Shown one piece after another: positions 24,392 through 37,400 of a DNA stretch of 64,000 bases. The notes beneath the pieces were generated by a model. That model ran no database searches, was not told where the DNA came from, and was given only the letters and a program-made list of their open reading frames with translations. The stretch's first letter is position 1; each line of letters begins with the position of its first letter. The translations under genes were made by a program, and so were the position numbers. Source of the stretch: Amoebophrya sp. A120 (lineage: Eukaryota; Protista; Dinoflagellata); contig CAJINV010000002.1 in the NCBI GenBank assembly GCA_905178155.1, positions 1,981,216 through 2,045,215 on the forward strand. The letters are read 5' to 3'.

Positions 24392-27300
24392 TCACACCTG
24401 CCTCATGCGAGCATTTTCCACGGCCGCAGCGGCAGCGACGGCGGAAACACCAGGTCCAGCTCCCTGCTCGTCGCCGCTCTGCATTTCGACATCTTCAGCC
24501 CCCGCGGTTCTTGTTTCGAGGACCTGCTTACTCCGCTTCTCTTCCTTTTCTTGTCTTCCATGCTTTATATTTTTCCACCCCATCACAAACGACTGGTATT
24601 CCTGCTCCTTCGAGTACATGATGCCCTCCCACCAATCTAGAATGTTCCCCACCGCATTTGCAACTTGCGCAACGTCGAAATTCTTCTCAAATCCATGCAG
24701 CGTCGTGTCGAAGACTTTCAAAATGCCGGCTTCTTCGATTTTCTGAACAACGGATTCTAAAAACTCCCGCTGCTCCTCCTCATCCTTTTCCCCTAAAAAC
24801 TCCGAATTCACCCGTTTCAAGTCTTCCATGACTTCCCAATGTAAAACCCGGTACTCGCAAGCGAGAAAACGGCTGAAGTGGTCCTGTCTTTTTCTCTTCA
24901 GCTCCTGCTCGATGTTAAATTCGTGCTTTCTCATGCTGCCGAAATCGATGATATCGTCTTGGTCGGAGTTCTTCAAGTCTTTCAATTTCACGGCGATTAT
25001 CTCCCCAGTGTTGCGTTCGAACATGGAAGACCCGTCTTTGGTGAGCCCGCCAAACCGGTCCGCGCCCGTTTTCACGTAGATGGTTTCATCGTTTTTGATG
25101 TCATGCTTGTTGTGCATCATGTGCTCCTGGTTCATCTTTCCTCCTTGTCGCATCATTAACATTATCCGCTCCTGGTGTTGCTGTAGAATCTTCTGCGGGT
25201 CGACTAGTTTTGGGCGAAGCTTGTCTTCGAGAGTACTATCGGTTTTGGTGTTCTTGTTGTCGGGGTTCTCATCGTTCTCCTCTTCGTTCGAATCCCCTTC
25301 ACAATCCGACCAGGCGAAAGAACCGCCGGAAGAAGAATCGTCTTCCAGGTCGGAGTCCGAATCCGCTAACTTGTCTTGCTCCTGCTGCGAAGAGCAGTCG
25401 TCATCTGCCATGCTGCCTTGCTTTCCGTTCTGGCTGGTCCTCGCGGTCTTCACCAATAATTCCGAAGACGCAGCGTAAGACGAAGAACAGAAGGACGACA
25501 CATCGTCGTTTCGTTGTGCAGGCTCCACTATGGAATGCAAATATGTCTGGGTCTGGAAGATTCTGAGACTTGGTTGGTTGGTTGGGTAGCGCCTGTCGCC
25601 GGTGCAGGTCCCGCCCTCCATCGATTGCGATCCGGAGTAGCCGGAACACAAGGCCCTAGTGGCACAATCGATCGACTTGTCATGCAGGTTTTGCATGAGT
25701 CATGATGTCTGTGATGCGTGCCCTAGCATCACAGATTTTTTGAGGGCGTCTTGATGCCTATTCCGCATGACGAATGCCCTCTCCGCGTAGCAAAAGTCAC
25801 ACTCCCTTTGCTGCTCATGCAATACAGATTTTTTTTGCAATCCAAATGCAGCATCACAAGTTGCGTTCTTCCAGACCCAGACATTTTTGCAATGCATATC
25901 CACAACCACCGGTCTCTGGATTTTCTTCGGCCGCTGCAGATATTTCATCCTTTCGAAGGATCTGTGCGACGAGGACCTGCGACTGCTTCTCTTGCTGTTT
26001 CTACTCCTGTTACTCCTTTCACTGACCACGTCTTCTGCTAGTTGGATCAGCCGGCCGTTGAAGACTGCGTGGGCGGCTGCGGTTGTTTGGGGTTGATTAT
26101 CAACAGCTACTGAACAACTTCCTGCGACACTCGATCCGTCTTGCTGGTCGCTTTCATTTTCTCCGAAGCCGCTTGCAGCTCCTCCAAGCACAGCGGCTTC
26201 TGCCGAAGCTTCTACAACTGCAGCTCTTGCTGTGTCCAGCTTCTGTACCATGACTCCAGCTGTTACATGAGAAGCGGCATGCCGCGCAGCTCCACCCAGC
26301 TGCGAAGATGTCGATTCTGCAACTAGTACAGCATCACCTAGTTGATCTTCCTTGCTTTCGCTCCATTGTGGTCTGATATGGTACGGCATGTCAACCGCTT
26401 TATCCTCCAAGGCTTTCATGGTTATCCGTTTCTCCGTTCCTTGCTCGGCAATTTCCCCATCCGGAAATAAACGAAATTCAGACGCAGACCGCCCCTCCGC
26501 ATCGAGTAGTCTCCGCAACTTCCTCACACCATCCCGCACCGACCTGGGCGTGCTCGCATCAGAAATTTCGTCATCCGAAATAGCGTGATTCATCCCCGTG
26601 GAATCGTCGCTGTTATCAAACGGAACGGCTTTGAAACTCGCTCTCCAGTTGTTCAGCCTGCGGATGTTGTTTTGCTTTTCTTCCTTTTCCTCCTCATTTT
26701 CGGAGGACGAGTATTTTTCGGAGGAGAAAGTCACTGACACGGAGGAAGTTGTGGAAGAATCGGAACGTCGGCCCGGCGACTTGTCATCGGCAGAGGATTC
26801 ACCACTTCCGGAGCTCCCTGAAGAAGAAGATGAGTCGTCGGACAAGCTCTTTGACCACTGGGAGCCTTCATCTTCTACGGACTTACCTGCAACTATAACA
26901 GCGTCACTGCTCTGCCTAGCTCGGTTAAGGATGCTGGAGCTTTTGTTCTCACCGCCAACACTTCCTGTGGCTGCCGCGTCCACTCCGCGCCCAGATCCAT
27001 TTCTGATGTCGTTGATTGTTTTCAACCGCTTTCTTTTCATTTTCTCCTCTTTCCTGGCCAAAATCTTCTCGGCCTTCTTCGCACGGTATTTCCCGAAGGA
27101 AATGACCCACGGACTGGTTTTCGGATCGCGGTGCGGGTCGTTCGGAAACGGAATTTTCACGCAGATCTTGTAATCTTTCAAAACATTGCCGCCGGCCCCG
27201 TTTTCTACAGTGTTGGTGGTTTTCGCCTTGATCATGTCCTTCTGCTTCTTCTTCTTTCCCGTGGTCTGAAGACCTCCCCACAACCCCATCTTGTCCTGAA

Positions 27301-30300
27301 AAGCCTTCTTCCTTTCCGCTGCTAAAAACCGCGGAAAAACTATTGATTCGTAGAAAATCACGTTCCTTAGCGCTTTCACTAATTTCATTCTCTTGTACAA
27401 CTTCCGCTTCTGCCAGAACACAATGTGGTGCTTTAGCAACACAAGTTTCCTCCTTCGCAAGTTCTCCTGCACGGTTGTGTCCTCTCTCGCCATCCGAGAG
27501 CGATTGTAGTCTTCTCGTACCTCCTCCTCTTCTTGCTCCATCCGATTCCGTTCGTACTGGTGAATCAGTTCCTGCGGGTTTAACGCGTCTCGCACGGGCT
27601 CCGGTAGAAACGGGTATTCTCTTTCCCTCCGCTCCTGCTCTTTCTGTTCCTGCTCGATAGCGATTACCTGGAAAATGTACTCTTCTTCACAAGCTTCCTC
27701 GTCCACCTGCGCGACCATCTCGAGCACCGAATTGATGTCTTTGTGCTCGTAAAATTTCTCCGCTAAAGCTGCGCGGGCGTTTCTGTCGATCCTGTTCAAC
27801 AGGCTCGGACTGTAGTCAGCTTCTTCTAAAATCGCTCGCAAGGCGTTATCGACTACTTCTTCTTTTTCTCGTTTTATTTTCAACGCCTCCTCCTCATTCA
27901 GCCTGTTCATCCAGGCGACGTCGTTCTCTTTTTTCCACTTGACTTCTTGTTCCAGTTTCGCCAGTCGGATGTTTTCTTTCTCAGCCGCGGTGAGAGCGGG
28001 TTTTCGGGGTTTCTTTTCCTTCTTTGTGGTTGGTTGTACTAACGCTGCGTCGATCATGCTCTTGGCGGCCCCCGCATTGGTCGTGCTAGTACTCTTTCCT
28101 TTCTTCGTATTTTTTGCCAACGACATCAACGTGCTGGTGCCGAAGAGCGAAGCCGCAGGTTTCGCACCTCGCATCATCTCATCCTCGACATCCTCCATGT
28201 CCTCGTCGGAATCCGGATTTTGTTCCTTCTTGATCTTCGTCTTCGTCAGGGCTTTTCTGCTTTTACTAATACTGGTGACTATCTGGTCGCTCTCGTCCTC
28301 TTCGGAAAATAAATCCTTATCCGTATCGTTATCCTGATTCTCCTTCTTGATCTTCTTTGTGTTAGCACTGGTACCAAAAAGCGGCACCCTTACGAGCTCT
28401 TCGCTGTCGTCGTCGCTATCACTATCAGTGTTGAAAACATCCTCCGGGATGGGAACCCGCTGGTTCTTGTTTTCCCCCTCAGAGCTGCTGCTAGAAGAAG
28501 TAGAACCACTTCTATTTTTTCGCTTTTTCTTCTTTTTCTTCTTCCTGCCGTCGGTATTTTTAACATCAGAGCCACCAGAATCTGAATCAGACGATGCACT
28601 GCTGCTGTTCTCGCTTTTTTCCAGTTCTTCCCTGTCCTTCTTGTCCAACAAATGTCCGAAATTCTCTTCCAGATCCGGATCTAACATGGAATTCTTGTCG
28701 CTGTCCGAGGAGGAAGATGAGGTGGATCTTACACTACTCCCGCTGTCCTCGTCCGAATCGGCGATAATATCCTGGTCAATCGAAGACTTAGGCTTGTTTT
28801 TCGCAAACTTATTCCTCCTAAAATTCGCAAGCCTTTGCTCTGCTCTCGCGAGTTTTTTCTGTTGTAGCTCGTATTTCGACTGTTCCACCCAATCGTCGCG
28901 TAAGTGCAAGCCCTTGGATTTCATTTGCCGGATCTTCTCCTGAATCTTCTTGTGCTTCCGTTCCTGCTTCCGGATTTGCTTCTCGCGTGTTTTGCCTTTT
29001 TCTTCGTCGTCTTTTTGTTTCCTCGCGACCTGCGCTATCTGGGCGCGGACGACTTTTTCCCGGAGGGTGATTAAATGCTCGTGGATGAAGTCGGCAAGAG
29101 TTTTCTCCTCATCGTCCCGGTAGGCGAACTTTTCTACTTTTTGAGCGGGGGGTTCTTTAGGGGTTCGTCCTTGAGTTGATGCTGCACTCCTGTCATTTTG
29201 CTGCAGAAGCAAGTCCTCGTCATCATCATCTTCTTCGAGGGGGAGCAGCGTTTCGACTTTTTGTTTCTTCCTCTTGGGTGCAACAGAAGATGTCGCAGCG
29301 CCGGCCATCGTTTTATTTGTAGAGCTTGTCAAAGCAACGGAGACGGACGAAGTCACAACTCCTCCTGCGTCTGCTTCTCCAGGATCTGGCTCATCATCAT
29401 CCGCGCGAGGACCTACCGCCCGCACCGCTTTCACAATCCGCTGCGTGATCAGCTCAAACGACTTTTCCATCTTTTTCAGCCTTTCTCTTATCGCCTTTTT
29501 TGTCTTGTTATCGAAGTCAATCGCATCGTGGCCGACGAAGCCTTTTATGCATTGCAAAAGTATCGTAGTACTAGTAGTAGAAATTGCATATACAAATTTC
29601 CTCAGTATGATGTAATGCAGATTTGCCTTGGGAACAAGATTTGTAATGCAAGAATTGCATTTACACGAGTACGATACTGTTGCATTGCATACCCTTCTTT
29701 GGGTCCACAAACATCCTGGCAGGGTCGTAGACTTCCTCCCCTTCGGGGACGATTAACTCCCCGGTGGCAGGGTCGATGATGATGTCGTTGTGGTCACCGC
29801 CAGCAATATCTTGTTCCTCTACTTCTTTCTCCAACCCCTCAAACGTAAAATCGTTGAAATCCAGCTTCCGCACAATTTCTATCACGTCCTCCAGACCGTC
29901 AATCTTCTTTACCCGTTCCGCGAAAGAGAAAGTATTTTTCCACTGCCGGTCCTGAATCATGTTCACGATTTTTCTCTTCGACGCGTCGGTGATTCTGCAG
30001 GCGACGCCGGGCGCTTCTAATAGTTTGCGATCCTTCGCGACAATTTGCGGGATTGTGTAGTTGGTGAAAAACGTTTTCTTGAAATCGAGGGTCAGGAGTG
30101 GCTTCAAGTCGTTCGGCATCGGAATGTGTTGGAACGCGGGGAACAGGATGGAACTTGCGCTGCTGCTGCTGCTGCTGCTGCTGCTAGAAGAGGCTGCTGC
30201 TGCTACTGATCCTGCACCACCAAACAAACCACCACCACCGCCCCTTCTCGCGGCCCGCAATTTCTGGTACTCTTGAATTGCCTTCGCCGCAAACTTCGCA

Positions 30301-32214
30301 TGGAGGTACTGCTCGAAGCTGTTTAATTTCCTCTCAAACCGTATCACAGAAAAAAGTGTTAACGCTAACGAAATTTGTAATGCAGTGACGCATCACATCA
30401 AAACACGCCCCAATTTGTCATGCATAGCATGCATATTAGGCAAAATCTGTTATGCGTGACTGCATTCTGTGCAAAGAAACTGTTAGGGTTAACACTTTTT
30501 TGTTTGATAAACCGCTCCCAGTCTTCTTTTTCCCTCTCCTCTTTCGACAGGCGTTCTTTCTTCCTCTGTATGCAATACAAATTTCCTGTACGTGTACAAA
30601 ACGCATCACAAATGTCACCAACTTGGAGCATGCTACTTGTCATGCTGAATAGAAACGAAGGAAACTTTTGTCATGCAGAAACCGCATCTGTACATGTACA
30701 GGAAATTTAGGGGGGGTAATCTGTTCGACTTTTTCGTCGTACTTCGAGTCGTCGCTGTCGATGGAGAGAGAGCTGCTGTCGGAGGGAAATAAAAGCCGGC
30801 GTTTCTTTTTCTTTTTCTCCAAAACTACTGCTAAATCCTCCGCCATGTTGATTTTTCCTTCCTGCACAAAAATTTTCTCCTCCTCATTCTTCTTCATTGT
30901 TGCTGCGAGCCGCTCAATCCGCTTCTGGTTCACGCCCTGCTCATCCTGGGCTTCACTACCTTCTTTGAAACCGAACGCGGCGTCTAGCTGGGCGAGGAAG
31001 GTCACGTGGTTCTTCTCGTTACTGGCGGTTGTATTCTTGCCGCGCTTGGCAGTAGTAGTAGAGGTGGTTACAGCCTTCGCTTTTGGTTTTGCTTTTCCTT
31101 TTGCTTTGGTATTCATCATTTTTCGCTGCTTCTTGTTCGTATCCAAAAGAAAGTCATCATCAACATCATCATCAACGTCGTCATCTTCATCCATCCCCAT
31201 CGCCTTTCGTGCAAGCGCATCTTCGGCAAAAGCGTCGTCTCCCAGGGCGCCAAGAACCTGGGCGAGATCTTCATCGTCTGGACGATCGGTTCTTGCACCA
31301 GAGGCCAGCAGCAGGGGCTTGTCTCTGGTGTTCTTCCCTCCCGCGGCTTGTGTTTTCGCGGCGGAGCGCTTGTTTGATATCGCACTTGATGGGCCACGAC
31401 GTGCAGACCCGGCAGCAGCGGTTTTCGACGATTTGCTTCCACCTCCTACTCGCCCAACAGGAACAAAGCCACGTGTAACATTTTCATCGTCCGCATGCTG
31501 GTCGTCTACCGGGAAAAAATCGTCCGTGTCGTTGAGTTTTAGTTGCGGTTCATCCGCTTGGTCTTCTACCTCCGAAGACGTTGACTTTTCCAACTGGTTG
31601 AGCAGAAACTGTTCTTCTAAAGGATTCAGTTTTATTCGCTTCTTACTGAAATTCGCAGCTGTTGTCTTTCTTGTTGCGGCAGCGGAAGATACAGGAGCTT
31701 TACTCCTCGTTGTAGCCTTCGGCCTAGCACTGGCTTTTGCATTTGCTTTGCTTGAGCTTGATGGGACCGCGTCTACTTTTGATGATGATGAAGATAGAGC
31801 CTTGGCTGTTCTTGCACGCTGAGAAGCTTCTGCAACAGGTCGAGGAGCTGCTGCAGCTGCGGCTTTCGCTTGTGCACCTCGAGCAGCCTTTCCCCTTGAT
31901 GCTGAAGCAGGAGCGGACTTTTTGCCCTTCATGGAAGAAGATCTACTACTTGCGGCGCTGGTATTGTAGTTCCCTTGAGCAGCTTCAGCTTTTGGTTTGA
32001 CAGATACGTCAGCATGATCAATGCCATCTGCAGTGCTCTTGCCACTTCGCGGTTCTCGCGCAGAACAGTTCATGCTTTGATTTGTCGTTGGTGCCCGTGC
32101 CGTGATTCTGTTGACGGCCGCTCCAGGCGGGCGCTTACTAGACGAGGAGGAGGAGGCCTGCATCTTTGAAGTGGCAGTGGGTGGCTTACGATTACTAGTG
32201 GTCGGCTCTCTCAT
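24392..32214 (-). CDS. Gene D, 5-exon very large Lys/Glu/Ser-rich coiled-coil hypothetical protein
   Basis: ORFs 30640-32289, exon 30510-30568, 29661-30347, 25700-29710 and 24392-25696 join in frame after removing 4 TIR elements; start ATG uncertain. Confidence 0.8.
25529..25898. mobile_element. Introner, family 1, with ~107-bp nested insert
   Basis: Perfect TSD tccac; extra sequence between two gacttg copies (25567-25572, 25674-25679), starting with (ggtt)n. Confidence 0.9.
29546..29691. mobile_element. Introner, family 2
   Basis: tatgcattgcaaaagtatcgta...tacgatactgttgcattgcata; TSD ccttt/ccctt. Confidence 0.9.
30342..30509. mobile_element. Introner, family 6-related
   Basis: tatcacagaaaaaagtgttaac...gttaacacttttttgtttgata; perfect TSD aaccg. 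Confidence 0.92.
30569..30718. mobile_element. Introner, family 8
   Basis: tatgcaatacaaatttcctgtacgtgtaca...tgtacatgtacaggaaattt...ta; TSD ctctg/atctg; frame restored. Confidence 0.8.
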
Positions 32215-32639
32215 ACATATTCTTGTTCGTGAAAAAGTACTAGAAGGACGACAAGGACGACTCTTCTCTGTTGGCCCCAGGAGCTGCAAGCGCCCTTCGC
32301 TCAGTCACAACTAGGCTGCGCCACAATGAAGCGCACCACGCCACACTCGTCACTCTTAGCTTTTTGCCTGCAAGGGAAAGTGGCGTGGTAGTCCCCCTAC
32401 CACACTACGGCAATTATACGCCACATGACTAGCGATACGCGCCTCGTTCTTCTATGTCGTTCATCTCTCCCTCGGCGGCATCATCCGAGAGCAAATGCCA
32501 ATCACGGAAGCACGGGCAGGGCGACTTGGTGCTCGGGCAGCGACATTTAGTTTCCAACTTTTCCCATTTACGCATACCGCTACGACTACACAGAACGGCA
32601 AGGGTTTGGGCCGCCGAGTCCAACTTCGACAAGGGCAGC

Positions 32640-33780
32640 TGCCACACATCACCCAATAATGGGCCATCCGCCTGATGAGCGGGCCACCCAGGCAATACAA
32701 GCGGCGCCGCAAGGGAATGCACCTACCACCACCAAACAAAGCCCAACGAGAGACGGACCAATGGTGGGCGGGGTGGGGCCACCAAGTCCGGGGGCGAAGA
32801 ACATACACACAGAGTGAAGACCCGCACTGCCCGAGCGGGCGGCGGGACCAAGATCTGCCCCCATACCACGAAAGGGAACCCACCGCGCCGCGCCACGAAA
32901 GAGGGCAGGCTCGGATGGCCCCAGCCGCCCCCCTTTCTAAAGGCCCCCCAAATGGCTGGGCGGCCGGACAAGGCTGCCCAAGGGCCGCGCCGCCCGGCCG
33001 CGCGATGGGGCCCGGCCGCGCGCAAGCCCTTGAAGCAGGCCCCCGGGCAGTTACTTACAACAGCGCGGGGCCGGCGCCGGGCCCCTTCGTGTTGCTTGGC
33101 CTTCCCGGCGCCGCGCCGGCTGGTCTGGTGCGTGGCGCGACGTCCGGGCTTCTTTGCAATTTGTTCGCGCGGGGCCTCCTGCACGCACGGCACAGGAACG
33201 GGCGCGAAGTTTTGTTGCGGCACGCGCTCGGCCCGTTTTCCTCCGGGGCCGGATTTGGCGCGGGCAGTCCGCGCCCGCCCGCCGCCGCCCACATCGGCTC
33301 CGTCCCTCCGCGTCCCTCCGCCGGCCGCCCCCGGGCTGCCAGGTCTGTACGGGCCGCGCGCTGCGCCGGCGCCTTGCTCAATCAATGCCCAAAACACAAG
33401 GCCCGCCCCACCCTCCGGGGCGGATCGCTCACGAAGAAACTGGGCCGCCGGTCGCGCCGCCTACTCATCCGCGGGGGCGAGCGGAGCCCGCCGGGGGCGG
33501 GCCATGCTCCAGCCGGGCCCAGAACGCCGCCGCCGCTTGCAGGTGGCCCGCCTCGGGTTTCCCCGCCTCACCGGCGTCGGCCAGAGGCGAGAAGCCTGCC
33601 CGCGACCTCGTCCGGAGTTGTGGGGCGGGACATCTTGGCAACGGCCTCGCGCCCTGCCTCGGTTCCTGCGGCGAGGGACACCACCAGCCCGGACCAGGGG
33701 GGGCCTGGCGCCAAGCCAGAAGCCCGAAAATAGAAGGCCGCATCCACCTACAAAGCCTCCGCGTGTGTTTCTTTCGGCCG
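32640..33780. other. Extremely GC-rich intergenic island
   Basis: For example 33301-33360 is 50/60 G+C; only Ala/Arg/Gly/Pro-rich overlapping ORFs; boundaries approximate. Confidence 0.7.
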
Positions 33781-34444
33781 TAGGCTCTGTCGAATAAACG
33801 GAAAACAGCAACACCTACTCAAAGAACACCTGACGGCGTGGTCGTGTATTTCGGGATCAAATGTCACGTCGGCACGGTGCAGCATCACTATCTGAGTCGC
33901 TGCCGTGGCCTCGAGACTGCGCGCGCTCGCGGATTTATCTTCTTCAACAATCATCAATGCCTAGCAAGCTTCTGCATCACAGTGGTTCATATTCGTACAA
34001 CAAGCGCAGGAAAACAGAAGTCGCAGCACGATTCAGATTTTACAAACGCGATCGCGATCATCAACGGGCCAAGATAACTCACCTTCAAATAACATTTTGA
34101 GAGTGTTCATTGGTGACTTTCAATTTTAACAATGAAATGCGTTATTTCATGCGGAATACGAGGAGCACATAAATCTACAGCTGCTTCTTGTTTTTACAAT
34201 TGAAACTACGGCCGTCGCAAAGCTTCGGTTCTGTCTGTCTGTACTACGTGAAATACGGTTTGAATACTGGCAACATGATACAGGCTCAGGCAATGCTTCT
34301 GCGCTGCCCCTAAACCTCAAACTCTGAAAAAGATGTGAACAAACGCTGAAGTAGTAGACAGTTTCAATTTATTTCATCTTACAAGCGCCTCAACATATAT
34401 AATGGCATTTTTTCTTTCCACACAACCTCCCTTCTTGTTCTTCA

Positions 34445-37400
34445 TCACTTCCCCCTCGTCTTCAGAATATCCGGTAAAGACTGTTGCCTTTCCCGCTTAC
34501 TTTTCGCGTTCAAGTGGTACTGGTGATACGGTGTATTGTACGAATTCTGCAAATTTCCACCTCCCGCCCGCGGATCCACACCGATTCCAGCATGACTACC
34601 TCTTCTCTGCTCCTGTTCCTTCTTCTTCAACAGAGTGACAAACTCCGCAAAATAACTCTCCGGCGAACTGTTTAGTTGAAACGACGGCGACCGGTTTTTG
34701 ATCGTCGCATTGTTCTGCATCGCACCATCGTACTGATCCGAGGGCCGTTTCTGGTAGTAGTTGTCCACATCCTCCCCCTCGAGGTACTGCTCCAGCATCG
34801 GATTTTCCTTCTCGATCTTGTGCGGCTCCAAAAACTCCACGATCTTCTTCTGCGCCTCGTAAATCTTCAACAACACCCCCTCCCGCGCCGGGCAGATCTC
34901 ATCGCGGTACTCGCGCATTTTTTCCAAACGGGAAACAAAATCCGTGTAGAGCTGGGAAAAGATCGCGGGTTCGGAATACCGGGGGAATTTGTTCTTGATC
35001 GGGGCGGAACCCTTTGGGGGGGAGGAAGCACCAGGAGGCTTGTTGTTTTGACTGGTTCGTGCTTGTTCGCTTTTCTTCTGTTCGATGAACTGCTGGTCAG
35101 CTGCGAAGATTTCAACGCCGCCGCCAGACTCACGGTTCAGGACTTGCTGCTGGGGTGGACCACTGGATCCTTCTGGAATTACAGGTGGCTCCTCCGTTGT
35201 TGGATCTGCAGTTTGCGCCCGTTGTTCTGTCGAAGTGCCAGTGGCCGGTGCGGCGGGAGAAGACGCGGCAATCTGTTCCACCTTCGGCTCTTCCTGTTCC
35301 ACGTCTATTGCCTCGTCGTAGTCCTCCGTACCGGATCCTCTCGTCGTGCTTTGCCTCACCGGGATTTCGTCCATGTCAAAGCCCGCTTCGGATATATCCG
35401 ATTCACTGTCCGAAAGATCAATCCCGACAGAAACGCTGGCGTGCTGACTAGGAACAGCTTGCTTCTGCTGCGCAATCTTCGCGTTGCTGAACATGTTGTT
35501 GCTCATCCCAGCAGCGCGATTTCCGCCACCGTAACTCGGCTTGTTCCCGGAAGAGAAGAGATTTGAAACCTGTTCCCCACTATTATCCTGTTTTGCCTTC
35601 AAGTAATTCTTGTACTTCGCTTTCTTCGCTTGTAAGTTCAGTAACTTCCTCTCCCGATCGTCCAACCGGAGGTGTACTTGGTCTAACGCGTCCCGCAGCA
35701 TCAACAATTCCGATTCTTGTTTCCTGGATTTCTGCTTCAACATCTCAGCGAACTGTTTCACGTCAGAACTACTCCCCTCGTTTTGTATTTTCTGCTTGTT
35801 CTGTTCGTTTTCGTGGATCAAGTGCTGGTTTTCAATCTGCGTCTTCCGCATCGCCGACATCTCTTTCCGGAGATCCTCGATTTTTTTCTGCAGGTCATTC
35901 CGGAGTTTTTCCTGTTCTTCTAGCTGAATACTTTGCATTTTCAGTTTCTTCCTTTGTTTCTCCAAATCGATTTCCTGTTTCGCGGTTCTTTGTCTCAGCT
36001 CCTTATCCGTCGACTTTAAAGCGTTGCTGGTTTGCTGCTCTCGCTGGAAATCTTGTTTCAATTCGTTGAAATCCGATTCGAGCTGCTTGTAGACCTGATA
36101 GATGTTATTTTTTTGATTCGTGATGCGAAACAAGATGAGGAAGTTGAAGAGAGCTACGTAGCACAACCAAAACTTTCACTTTGCATGCGCCCAGGTGACA
36201 CCACCGCACCATAAGCATAACGACTTCAAAAAAACTGCTCTCTTACCTCGGTTTCCTTCACGTTTGCAAATTTGCTGGCGTGTTCCCGTTGCGCGATGGT
36301 TTCTGCTTTCTCCTGGGTGAGCTCTTGCTCCTTTGCCTGATAGAAAAGTGTTTTCATTTTCGAATTTATTTTGTCATGCGGGACACGAAAACCTGTGTCA
36401 TTCTGTCATGCAAAAAAGCAATTCCAATCATACCGACAACTCCTCCCTTAGCATCTTCAGTTCGATCTCGTAATCCAGAAGTTTTTTCTCGTTGTTGTCC
36501 TTCTCCTGCAGCAACTCGTCCACCAACTCCGCATTTTTCATCTTCGTTTGCAATTCCTCTAGCTGTTCCTTCAGCTGCGAATTTTCCAGCTTGAAGATAT
36601 CCACCGAATATCAACTGTAAAAATGTCTGGGTCTGGAAGAGTCCAACTTGTCATGCTGATTTTGGACTCTAATAAAAAAAAATCTGTATTGCATGAGCAG
36701 CAAAGAGAGTCCAAGTTTTGCTACAACGGAAAGGGCATTTGCCATGCGGTATAGGCATCAGGATGCCCTCACAAAATCTGTGATGCTAGGGCATGCATCA
36801 CAGACATCAGGAGTCATGCAAAATGTGCATGACAAACCTGGCAATATTCCAGACGCAGACATTTTTACATTTGATACCGAAGACTCCAAATCGATCTTCA
36901 CATCCGCGATTTGGTTGTGCTTTTTCTCCAACTGCCGGGATTTCTCCGTTTGTTCGGATAATAATTCCTCCAACTGTTGAATCTTCCGTTCGTGTATGCA
37001 ACACAAATTTCCCGCACATGTACAAAATGCATCACAAATTCTTTCGCAACTTAGAGCATGCAACTTGTCATGCAGAATAGGTTCGACAGCTAGTTTTGTC
37101 ATTTACAAACAGCATGTGTACGCGTACCGGAAGTTGTTTACTGTGGATATCATACGCCTCCATCACGTTCTGTTCTCCGGATCCGTAACCGGAGCCGTAC
37201 CCGCCGTTCGCGTAGTTCGGATCGTACTCCGCCTGGTCGCCTAAACGGATACTGTTGGACATCTTCGCGCGCATGAGTTTCTCCTTGTAGTCCTTCTCCA
37301 TGTCCTTCATGCGCTGGGTGTAACTGATTTGAAGATACGTGCATTTTGAAATTTGGAATTTGTGACGCGGAAAATAGAAGCAAACCACTACCACGTTCCC

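Noticed and set aside
32429-33814. Long ORFs (352, 327, 224 aa) as genes
   Set aside because: They overlap in several frames and are Ala/Arg/Gly/Pro-rich, as expected from stop-codon scarcity at very high GC.
15820-35566. Long plus-strand ORFs (e.g. 30668-31822, 34676-35566, 15820-16488)
   Set aside because: Antisense shadows of minus-strand exons.
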